NCBI GenBank assembly: GCA_030248215.1
Contig: JASANG010000932.1
Span: 483,087 to 503,086, forward strand
Reading direction: 5' to 3'
DNA length: 20,000 nucleotides
Source of the DNA: Enoplolaimus lenunculus
Lineage: Eukaryota
Made by a program: the position numbers and the translations under genes. This document shows, one piece after another, positions 9,637 to 20,000 of this stretch (its first letter is position 1; each line of letters starts with the position of its first letter). Below the pieces are notes generated by a model, which was given only the letters and a program-made list of their open reading frames with translations, did not search any database and was not told the DNA's origin.

Positions 9637-10200
9637 GTTAGTTTGCTCAAGTTCTGAGCGATTAGAAGTGAATTCAGCAACTTTAGCCAAAATCAGCTTA
9701 AAGTTTTTGATTTTTAAAAAAATTTCAAATGTGAGAAAATTTTCAACAAAAACTAAAAGTTAAAAGACATTTTAAATTTGCATAAAAGGCTCTTGTTCAC
9801 TTTTATTCACAGGTTCGTTGGGCTGGCCCACGTAAAGATCAGGGGTGGAATGTTTTTCTGTGAGACTGCTATAGAGTAAGCTTAAGCTTTAGACTATTTT
9901 TTGGTTGGGTTACGCTTAGGCTTAGGGTTTTATGCTTAGGAATAAACTCATTCTTACGCTTAGGCTTTGGCTTAGGCTTACGTGTAAGAATAAGCTTATA
10001 ATACTGTTCCGATTTTTAGAAAAAATTCATTAAGCCTAAGCCTAATGTTTTTGTTTAAACCTTAGTCTCAGTCTACGAACCCGTTGCCTAAGTTTACGTC
10101 TAAGCTTTTTTTTATGACGGGTAAGTATACAAGAGCCTAATGCACTTTTAAATTGGAATGAAATATATCTCAAGAAATTTTAAGATATTAAAATGAAATT

Positions 10201-10981
10201 GGCCCATGTTACTATTTGGACTGTCCCGGTTTGTGGTGAGTCAATAAAAGAGTAGGCTTACATTCTATACTACATTTTTTTGCTTAGGCTTAGGCTTAGG
10301 AATACGCTTTTGCAACGCTTAGGCTTAGGCTTAGGAATACGCTTTTGCAACGCTTAGGTTTAGGCTTAACTGAGGAATACGCTTTTGCAACGCTTAGGCT
10401 TAGGCTTAGGAATACGCTTTTGCAACGCTTAGGTTTAGGCTTAACTGAGGAATACGCTTTTGCAACGCTTAGGCTTAGGCTTAGGAATACGCTTTTGCAA
10501 CGCTTAGGCTTAGGCTTAGGAATACGCTTTTGCAACGCTTAGGCTTAGGCTTAGGAATACGCTTTTGCAACGCTTAGGCTTAGGCTTAGGAATACGCTTT
10601 TGCAACGCTTAGGTTTAGGCTTAACTGAGGAATACGCTTTTGCAACGCTTAGGTTTAGGCTTAACTGAGGAATACGCTTTTGCAACGCTTAGGCTTAGGC
10701 TTAGGAATACGCTTTTGCTACGCTTAGGCTTAGGCTTAGAATACGCTTTCCAACCAACAAACCCAACCCTTAGGCTTAGGAATACGCTTTTGCAACGCTT
10801 AGGCTTAGGCTTAGGAATACGCTTTTGCAACGCTTAGGCTTAGGCTTAGGAATACGCTTTTGCAACGCTTAGGCTTAGGCTTAGGAATACGCTTTTGCAA
10901 CGCTTAGGCTTAGGCTTAGGAATACGCTTTTGCAACGCTTAGGCTTAGGTTTAGGCTTTGGCTTAGGAATTAACATTGGCG
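10201..10981 (-). mobile_element. Mirror copy of the expanded Merlin-like MITE
   Basis: TSD atgaaatt at 10193-10200 and 10982-10989. Confidence 0.88.
10283..10938 (-). repeat. Mirror minisatellite with a different unit order
   Basis: From the centre outward: AABABAAAABBA, a garbled stretch of about 75 bp, then AAAA. Confidence 0.93.
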
Positions 10982-11014
10982 ATGAAATTTATGAATATTT
11001 ATTGTTGTTTGCAG

Positions 11015-11161
11015 ATTATCACAGCACGAGTTCAGTGTCCATACCGCAGTGTTGATGGTCGAAAACGATGTACATTCCTCGATATTCTACTCGAACTCGC
11101 TTCAAAGCATCAAATGAACAAATGTGACATTCGTGAAGAAGTTGACACATTTACTCAAGGA
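11015..11161 (+). CDS. CYP4: CYP4 exon IITARVQ...IREEVDTFTQG, right arm
   Basis: ttgcag|ATT...GGA|gtaaga, 147 nt. Confidence 0.92.
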
Positions 11162-11580
11162 GTAAGACAACTGTCAACATTTTCTCACATGAATATTTAT
11201 ACTAAAATGTACTCCGTAAAAAATGAGGTCAAATCGACTCTCTCGGAAATAGGCTTTTCCTGACTACACAATCTGAGTCAAATTCGACTCCGCCAAAGTC
11301 AAACGTGCGACTCAGTGTATCGAATTTGACTCTGGTGGAGTCGAACTTGACTCAGGTTGTGTAGCCAGGAAAAGCCTATTTTCGAGATAGTCAATTTGGC
11401 TCACCATTTTTTTTGCACTGTATGCAAATTAAATTTCAAGCCAAGATTCGAATCGTAGTTTCATGGTGTGAGAGACGTTCTCATCATTTACCACTCTCAA
11501 CTTTAAGGGTCTGCTGATGCTCGAGCACGAGGGAGGTCTCACGTCTTGTAGAACTTGCGCTTACGAAGCTTAATAGCATT

Positions 11581-11637
11581 GTTTGTTTGTTTGTTTGTTT
11601 GTTTGTTTGTTTGTTTGTTTGTTTGTCTGTTTGTTTG
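11581..11637. repeat. (GTTT)n microsatellite, about 14 units (mirror of 5877-5990)
   Basis: Read directly; shares the same interruption. Confidence 0.97.
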
Positions 11638-11700
11638 AAAATGTTCAAAGAGCCGCAACGCAAAAATTAAAGTTTGTCAATTTTGTTTCAAATGTTTCAG

Positions 11701-11803
11701 GCTACAGATACGTCGGCAACTGCAATTTGCTGGACAATATTTTTCCTTGGTCATTTCCCCGAGTATCAAGAGCATATTTATCGAGAAATTTCAGAAACTC
11801 TGA
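11701..11803 (+). CDS. CYP4: CYP4 exon (I/J helices), right arm
   Basis: tttcag|GCT...CTG A|gtacgt, 103 nt. Confidence 0.92.
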
Positions 11804-13037
11804 GTACGTTTATTAATAAAACGACCTTCTACAGCAATGCTTACAATTGTTACTTTTAGGGTCGTAAACAGTAAGCGTTTGAAAATATCTCAGTCTAAGG
11901 CTAACCTTCCGTATACAAGGACAAGACTAAAACCAAGCCTAAGCCTAAGCATAACCGTTACTCTAAAAAGATTTAACGTTCTCTATTGCATACTTGCAAA
12001 AACGGCACGCCCTTTAAAGTAACATGGACCAATAACTGTAATACTTTCAAGCAGGGTGCAAACGGATAGTAAAAATCACGGAAACGGAAACGGAAACGGA
12101 TAGTGGTCGAAATAACGGTTACACCGTGCTCTGAAGTAGCATCAAAGTATTTATAAGTATTCCAAGTAAGTGACGGCAGTTGAAACAAGACACGCAAATG
12201 AGAAAAAATGTTAAAATTAACATTTCAATGGAAAACATTTAAACGATTTAACTTGAATCATAAAGCATAGGAATCAGCCTGCTAATTTCATAAAACTAAA
12301 AACAATGGCTAGGTTTCTGAAAGCCTACTTAAGTACGACTTCATGTTTTGATATATGTGTATGTTTGTATTTTGTTTCGATTTCTGGACTTTGTAAAAAA
12401 TGTGTGATTACTGTTCCGGTATCCGATTTACAGACTCAGGACACGTTGTTGTGATAGAGCACGCTGTTTGCGTTGTACCAACTCTTAGGTTACAGTTCTG
12501 TTTTGTACATCCGAGCAGATTATATAAATAGGATGATCCATAAACAATGGCTGGGCTTCTGAAAGCCTGCTTAAGTACAATTTTATGCTTATAAGTATTT
12601 GCTATGCATTTGTTTAATCAATTTATTGTTTCTAAAAGTGTACGTAAGTTAAGTAAATACTTGAACAATATTTCAGAAACGCGCTATTCGCTGGGTTTCA
12701 AAGACGCAACTGAAACTTGAAAAGTCAATATTTTAGTTAGAAAACTTTCGACTTCGACTGTTAACTCAGAGGTTTTCAATTACCCAATCAGAAACGTGTG
12801 AAAAAAAAGTCCTATTTTTAACCATTCACACTTACAATGACAGCTGTGATTATAGGGGTTTGTAGGATTGCGAAAACTTTCCAAATATAAGCTTTGGATC
12901 TAATTTTGCTCTCCGTTCCTCGGAACGCTTTTACCCCAGCTTGTGTAAATGCTCACATTTTCTACCCAAAAGTATTATAATCAACCAACTCTTAAACTTT
13001 TTGATTGGGTATTACACAACTCAGCTGCTGTTTACAG

Positions 13038-13172
13038 GCGACGAATGTGATTGGTTGAATCCGTCGAAGCTTAAATCGCTTCGCGTCCTGCGAACTTTTA
13101 TCATGGAATCGATGAGATATGTGCCACCTGTACCGTATGTGGGTCGAAAAGTGACTGAACCGTTTACTGCAG
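13038..13172 (+). CDS. CYP4: CYP4 exon (K helix), right arm
   Basis: ttacag|GC...GCA G|gtaaca, 135 nt. Confidence 0.93.
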
Positions 13173-13588
13173 GTAACAAAATAATATCAATCATTTATCA
13201 TTCACTCTTTAGGTTGCGCAATGTCCGCGGGGCGCCGCCGGACGCAGCAGCAGGTAAATTTTTTAAATTTTGCCGCACGTTTCCGCATGACGACGCACGC
13301 GGCCGGCCACCAAAATGAGTTGGTCTATATTTTTGGCCAATGTTACTTTGAGAGTCGTCAAAGCGCATTAAGCGTATGCCTAAGCCTAACCCTAAGTCTA
13401 AGCCTAAGCGTAGGAATGAACATATTCCTAAGCCTAAGCCTAAGCCTAAGCTTAAGCCAAGCAAAAAAATGGTCTAAAGCTAAAGCTTTACTCTATTGCA
13501 GTCCTACAGAAAAACGTTCCGCCACTGATTTTTAAATGGCCCGAAACTATTCAAGTGAGAATGAGTGAAAATTTAAAACGGATTTCAG

Positions 13589-13774
13589 CTGATTACGTCA
13601 TACCGGCCGGATGTACAGCAATGATATCGATGTGGTCGATCCATCGTGACCAAGACTACTACGAATATCCTGACAAATTTATACCTGACAGATTCGCTCA
13701 CGACGATCCTGAAAATATGAGCCGACATCCGTACTCATTCGTTCCATTTGCAGCTGGCCCACGAAATTGTATCG
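13589..13774 (+). CDS. CYP4: CYP4 exon (haem loop), right arm, HRDQ variant
   Basis: tttcag|CT...ATC G|gtaaga, 186 nt. Confidence 0.96.
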
Positions 13775-15509
13775 GTAAGAACGAGAAGAACATCACCAGC
13801 GCAGCCAATTACAGATTACGGGCCTGAGGGGGCGGGGGCGGTTTGTCCTTTGAATGGTATTTTCTTAGCCAATCAGAAATTGGTTCACAAATGAATTCGA
13901 AAACGGCATAAATGACATTTTGTCGCCAGGACTATCGACCGAGATTCGCATTATAACCGATAATATCATAGACCAGACATTTGCTCGTACGCCATTAGGT
14001 TCTGTTAGGCTTAGGCTTAGGCTTCGACTCAGAATTATATTTTGATGACGTATGATGTCATTGAACGAAGTATATATTCGGTTTAGTGAAGTACTCGTCT
14101 ATGTAAAACATTAACCTTTATGATGCCGTGCAAACACCGCAATTGTCACAGGGGAAATACGCAAATTCTGGCCACAATTTCTGCATAAGAGAAACAAAGA
14201 TCTAATAATGACTCCTAATCCGCCTCAGAAAATCCGTAAATGGGCCATAAAGTCCTATATAATGCCGCAGATTGTTAATATTAAACCCTCAACTTGTAAT
14301 AGCGTTTTGTCGATTAAGAATTCTAAAACAGATAGTAAAAATAACAGAAACGGAAAACAGATATTGCAGCGTAATTTCAAAAATGTTTTATTTTTCTGCC
14401 AACACAATTGAGGTATGAACTGTGCTTTGGATTTGAAGATAAACGAAAATAAATGATTTAAAATCACGCTGAATTAACAAGTTTTACTGTATTGACCCGA
14501 ATAAGAGGGGTCCCCATTTTGAGTCCGAATCAATTGGATTCCGTATCCCTAATAAGAGTCCGTAAGCGCATAGAGTCCCTAAACCCTAATTAGAGTCCAT
14601 AAATATCCATTAATCCTAATTGTAGCGCATAAATAAATCCAGGACCAAATAATTTGAGGTCGAACCTTTAAAGCGTACTTAAAATTTGAAAGCACATTCC
14701 TAAGTGTAACCTTGTATAGCTAGAGCTATTGTGACACAAGACAAATAAACGTTTAATTCAAGGGATAATTGCAGTACCGGATATATTCAGTGACGAAGGG
14801 GGGCGGAGCTTGGGTTAAAATAAATAACAGTCCGTAACCGAATAACAATGGGGGTACCCCTTTCGAGAGGCCAAATAAATATCAGTCCCCCCTCTTATTT
14901 TCGGGTCACTACAGTACCTATAATCTTTACATTTTATCAAGATTTATTTCATTAGAAAACTTTTTGAACTATTGTTGTTTTTCGAACAGCGCCGGATTAA
15001 AGGGGGCGCAGGGACCTCGGGCGCCGGGCCTTCCACCAAAAAGGGGCCTCCCACCAACCAAAAAACGACGGCATGTTTCAATGGATAAGAAGCCATGAAA
15101 AAAAAATTTTCCCGAATCACAAAGTTTATATAGAGCTGTGAAGCATTTTATTGCGAACGCCTATTTGACCTGTTTTGGGGCGGCCGACTATCCTTATTCT
15201 AACGCCGGCCCTGTGTTACACTTTAAGCTGTGCTGTATAAAATAATTGCTATTAAAAACGACTGTTAGCCATGTCGGACCCGGGCCTTCCGCCACACTAA
15301 TCCGCCAAGTTACGAACGGCACAACTTTTATGCGCAAATGTGTGAAAAATTTCGATTTCGCAATACCGGAATAAACGTAAAAATCCTGTCACAACCAGAT
15401 GTCATTTTAGTTTTTGTAATTTTTGTTTGAAATAAAATGAGTCAAAGTTTAAATGCTACCAATCCTTCTGTAAACTTTATAGAATTATTTGTTTCCATTT
15501 TATTTTTAG

Positions 15510-15670
15510 GTCAAAAATTTGCAATCCTCGAAATGTTGACAACTGTTTCAATGCTGGTCAAAAACTTTCACATCGCTTCAGTTGAGCCAATGGATTCTGT
15601 GGACGCAGTCTCTGAGTTGACATTGCGTCCTGCAAATGGTCTCCATGTTCGTATGACACCCAGATGTTAA
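15510..15670 (+). CDS. CYP4: CYP4 terminal exon, right arm
   Basis: ttttag|GT CAA AAA TTT...TGT TAA. Confidence 0.92.
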
Positions 15671-15707
15671 TTGATGGCAAGCACCAAAGCTGTGTGATAA
15701 TATTGTT

Positions 15708-15897
15708 GGCCCATGTTACTTTAAGGGGCGTAAAGGTTTCTGGTGGGTTATCTGAAAAGAGTAGGTTTAGATTCTAGATTACAATTTCTTACTTAGGCTA
15801 ATACACTTAGGCACACATTTTTGCAACACTTAGGCTTAGGCGTAGGCTTAGAAATACGCTTAATCTATTGTCGCCCCCTAACCGGTAGCACTTGGCC
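15708..15897 (-). mobile_element. Mirror copy of the 1612-1798 MITE with one degraded TIR
   Basis: ggcccatgttac...ccggtagcacttggcc. Confidence 0.85.
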
Positions 15898-16912
15898 ATA
15901 TTCTTTAACATTTATTACTTCGTATTTTAAGTTTAAATCATCAAATTTTGCAAAATGTTGATATGCTGCAATTGTTGGATATGAAAAATAAAAACTGCAT
16001 CGCTCTTTTTTGTTCACAATTTTAAAAGAAGCCTAATGAATAAGTATTTTGTATATCCTGCAAAAATTGACTTCCGTTTCCGTAATCATTTGTGTCTTTA
16101 CCCAATCGTTAAACACGAAACTAATTTTCATTGATTTCATTAGACAATCGGAACCTTGTTTTGAATTTTAACAGAGCTCGGCCGCACTTTGACCGATTCA
16201 AAGCCCAGGGGCGTCGGCGGAGAAATGTATTTTGGGCGGAGCGCTGAAAAATATTAGGCGACCCCTACATTTGCAATTAAAAATTATGATACAAATTAGG
16301 TGTACCGGGGTCCGCAGCCCAATTTGAGGTCTTACCGTGAGGACAGTCCTTAGACTGGGGTTTAGACAAAGATAAACACGAATAAAAATAATGGATGTTC
16401 TTGTACATATGAAGAATAATATAACCAATCGAAACGTGTTTTACTACAAGCATTTATTCAACGGTTTCAAGATTTTGTAGGTCATATTGGCTTAGGCTAG
16501 GCTTACGCTTAGACTTAGGCTTAGGCTTAGGCTAAGGCTCAGGCTTAGGCTTAGGCTTAGGCTCAGGCTTAGGCTTAGGCTTAACCAAGGTTCACGCTTA
16601 GGCCTTCAGCCCCGTAGGCTTAGGTTTATTAGAGACAGCTTAAATCAACAGATTAAAACGTAATAAACAAAATCAGCCAATCATACTGCAATAAATACTT
16701 TATATTTTTCTCTTCGTCCAATAAAAATTCAATTTGATTTTAGTATCAAGTTAAGGACTGTGTCGAACAGTAATTGTCATTCATCTCATGACGTTCATTT
16801 TGCTGAAAATAACTATTAGTCCGTAAAAAATACATATTTACATTTAAAATGATCTCTAGCCCTATTGATTTTTAATGCAATATTAACAACCACACATTCA
16901 GCTCAATTAAGC

Positions 16913-19900
16913 CAAATACGGCAAATTCATCTATACTTGTGCACAATTAATATCATTCTTGAGATTAAACTGCAATAATTTCTACATCCCTATCTCCGTG
17001 ACAAAACCGTAAAAATTCATATAATAGTACAGTTATTGCCACTTTTATTAATAGTTTGAAAGGTTTTGTACGAGCAATGATTTTTAGCTCTATTGATAAT
17101 TAGTGCATTTTTGCACTGGATGCATGAATAGCTTATGATTAATCCACATTATTTGGCTAACTTCCTGTAAAACGTCAACATACTTGCCTGTAAAAGCAGT
17201 AAAACGGACAGATTTTGCAAAATCGGTAAACGTAGTCCCTTCAAACAAACTCTGTAGGCATACAATAAGCGAAAAATGTCTTTTGTAACAAACTATGGCC
17301 AAAACAGGTTTCATATTTATAACATATTGACAAGTGGCACGGGTATGTGCGATAATGTGACTAACTATACTCCGTTCAGACGGTCTGCCAGTTGTATGGT
17401 GGGTGTATCCTGCATGTGGGTAACAAATATAAACAACTGATTTGAAAACTACAATGTAAACGACTAAAACTTACTTTCTTGTCGTTTATTTACTGAAACA
17501 AATTTGTTGTACTACGAATGAAAATAACATTTTTAATAATTAAAAATAATAAATGTTGTTGAATTCTATCAGTTCAACATTTCGCGCACTTTTTTAAGTA
17601 GCAGGTTCGTTTTTCCTAAACTTTGACCATCTGTTCTTAAATGCAGCAAAAATAGCTCGCAATATCTTAAACATTTCTTCATTCTCATTCGCCAATTCTC
17701 ACAAAGAATTTGAAATGGTCATTTTTCGGCAACGATCGAATTTTGGAATTTAGTAGAACCGCTGGAATTATTTTTTATAAAAAACCTTAATATCGAAATA
17801 AAATACTTTAAACAGTAGTTACTCTTGAGCTCATGATTTCTGAAAGTACTTAAACAGCCCCAAAATGTAGCATTTATAACTATTTTTTCATTATTGTTAA
17901 AACAGTTTCATCGACCTTACCTTCAAACATGCCGACTCCTTCCAGTACCAAAGGAATTCGTTTTGCCACTGAAATAAATTGATAAAATTTTTAAAACAAG
18001 CATGACTAATTAAGTAATATAAAACGTTTATACATTACAATGATCCATAGTCCTACTAATATGAATGCATTCTTGCACTGTAAGATGAATTGTTTACATC
18101 AAAAATCGTCAAATTTTGCTACCTGGCATTTGCTTCCTCATAAACATTACGGTAACCTCATGCAATCTACAAAGCAAACCCTAAAATGCATAAAGCAATA
18201 TGGTTACAAACGTCTGTTCGTATGATTAGAATCAAATACGGCGAATTCATGTATACTCTATATACAATTAATATTATCTTGAGAGTAAACTGGTAGACTT
18301 TCTGCATACACTCTCTCAATAGATCTAAAACCAAAACAAAAATGGGTGACGCAGTCTATCTTAACTTTTATTAATAGTTTTTAAAGCTTTAGTACGAGCA
18401 AAAAACTTTGCTATTTAGCCCAATGTGAAACAAATTACGTTTGACAGTGACGTATGCTAAAACAATGCTTTATCACGTATGTTGAAGGTCTCGAGATTTT
18501 TAAGTTAAAATAGGCACGATTACTTTAGTGATATACCTTAGTACTAATTTTTACTTAAATAGTTCTTTAGCTCTATTGATCATTAATACATTTTTGTCAT
18601 TGGATGCATCAATAGCTTATGGGGTATCCACGGTACTCTGCCTAACTTACTGTAAAACGTAAACAGTACTTGGCTGTAAAGGCAGTACAACGGACAGACT
18701 CGGCAAAATTGGTAAACAGAGTCACTTCGGACAAACTCTGTGTTAAGTGGCCCCCCTCCGCATGTGCGATAATGTGACTACGTATACGCCATTTCAGAAC
18801 GGTCTGCCAGTTGTCTGGTCTGTGTACGGCTAAATATAGATGACGAATATAAACAACTGATTTGAAAAATAAGATACGAACAACTACAACTTACATTCCT
18901 TGTCGACTTTCTGAATTGGAAACAAATTGTTGTAATACAAATGAAAATAACATTTGTAATAATTAAAAATCATAAATGTTGTTAAATTCTGTCAGTTCAA
19001 AATTTTCGCAATTTTTTAAGTAGCAGTTTCTTTTTCCTAAACTTTGAGGCGTACTGTTCTTAAATGCCGCCAAAAACAGCTCGCAATACCTTAAATACTT
19101 TCTTCATTCTCGGTCGGCAACCCACACGAAAAATTTGAATAGGTTTTTTTCGGCAACGATAGAAGTTTGGAATTTAGTAGAGAAAGTACAAATTATTTTT
19201 TGAGCGGAACCTTAATCCCGAAATAAAATACTTTTTAAACAGTAGTTACTATTGAGCTACGTGGATTCTGAAATTCTTTAAAAAGCCTTAACATAACATT
19301 TATAACTATTTTTTCATTATTGTTAAAACAGTTTCATAGACCTTACCTTCAAACGTGCCGACTACTTCTATTACCAAAGGAATTCGTTTTGCCACTGAAA
19401 TAAATTGATAAAATTTAAGAATAAGCATGACTACTTAAGTAATATAAAACGTTTATATATTACAATGATCCTTCGTACTTACTGACTTGAATGCATTTTT
19501 GCACTGTAACGTTTTTATATTACAATGATCCTTAGTCCTACTGATTTGAATCCATTTTTGCACTGTACGCATAAAATATTTAGTTAAAAATCAGTAAAAA
19601 TTACTACTGGCATTTGCCTTTTCTAATAAACATTAGGTTAACTACTAATAAAATATGAAAAAAGTATTTTTTCAGATGTTATAAAGCAATATGCATAGAA
19701 ACGTCTGTTCGTGTGGTAAAGAAATCAAATACGGCGATTTAATGTATACTCTATATACAATTAATATTTATCTTATGATTTGAGTCATACAACTTTCTGC
19801 ATACACTATCTCCAGTGGATCTGCGACGGAATTCGTTAATAGGTGAAGCAATTATTGCGACTTTTATTAATAGTTTTTAAATCTTTAGTACGAGTAAAAA

Positions 19901-20000
19901 ACTTTGCTATTTAGCACAATGTGAAACAAATTAAATTTGACAGTGACTTCTGCTAAAACAATGCTTTATCACGTATGTTGAAGGTATCGATATTTTTAAG
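16913..20000 (+). repeat. Diverged tandem repeat, units of 1.3-1.5 kb (16913-18232, 18233-19725, 19726 onward)
   Basis: caaatacggc at 16913, 18233 and 19726. gtttcat..accttaccttcaaac at about 17905 and 19332. aacaactgatttgaaaa at about 17432 and 18852. The reverse complement of the start of unit 1 occupies 1-600. Confidence 0.9.
19448..19567 (+). repeat. 60-bp tandem duplication inside repeat unit 2
   Basis: aacgttt.tatattacaatgatcctt...gcactgt occurs twice; single copy in unit 1 at about 18023-18081. Confidence 0.85.

Larger units (their letters stand above)
9510..15670 (+). pseudogene. CYP4: 5'-truncated CYP4 (CYP4V-like) cytochrome P450, right-arm copy, 6 exons
   Basis: Exons 9510-9636, 11015-11161, 11701-11803, 13038-13172, 13589-13774 and 15510-15670 splice in frame (859 nt) and end in TAA at 15670. 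Mirror of the left copy. Confidence 0.85.
1..17512. repeat. Giant inverted duplication (palindrome): left arm 1-8668, right arm 8890-17512, spacer 8669-8889
   Basis: Near the centre, position x pairs with 17558-x (ORFs 8265-8597+/8961-9293- and 7917-8108-/9450-9641+). All exons and TEs are mirrored. Base 1 (gtacaacaatttgtttcagt) pairs with the sequence ending at 17512. The left arm is cut by the window edge. Confidence 0.98.

Noticed and set aside
9450..9641. 63-aa hydrophobic ORF as a possible P450 N-terminal anchor
   Set aside because: It is an alternative frame over the true 127-nt exon, whose CYP4-like frame splices in phase to the next exon.
12771..12792. ggttttcaattacccaa resembling nematode SL1 leader
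   Set aside because: Partial gapped match only; lacks the GTTTGAG end, the following donor and an Sm-site context.
1..20000. Autonomous transposase, telomerase/RT or prokaryotic defence system
   Set aside because: No long ORF or catalytic motif other than the P450 exons was seen.

Overview
AT-rich animal genomic DNA, possibly a nematode (TTAGGC repeats, TTTCAG acceptors); not prokaryotic. Positions 1-17512 form one giant inverted duplication with arms of at least 8.67 kb and its axis at about 8779. Each arm carries the last six exons of a CYP4 (CYP4V-like) cytochrome P450, pointing away from the centre, with intact frames and GT-AG introns. The 5' exons are absent. The spacer is exactly one 221-bp copy of a Merlin-like MITE family (GGCC-terminal 24-bp TIRs, 8-bp TSDs, internal TTAGGC repeats). 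Its right TIR is a left/right hybrid and its flanks are inverted rather than direct, which maps a fold-back junction inside the TIR. The arms also hold further copies of this MITE (one expanded into a 35/40-bp minisatellite), other small TIR elements and microsatellites. A diverged 1.3-1.5 kb tandem repeat runs from about 16.9 kb to the end. The sequence alone cannot decide between a real TE-seeded palindrome and an amplification or long-read fold-back chimera.
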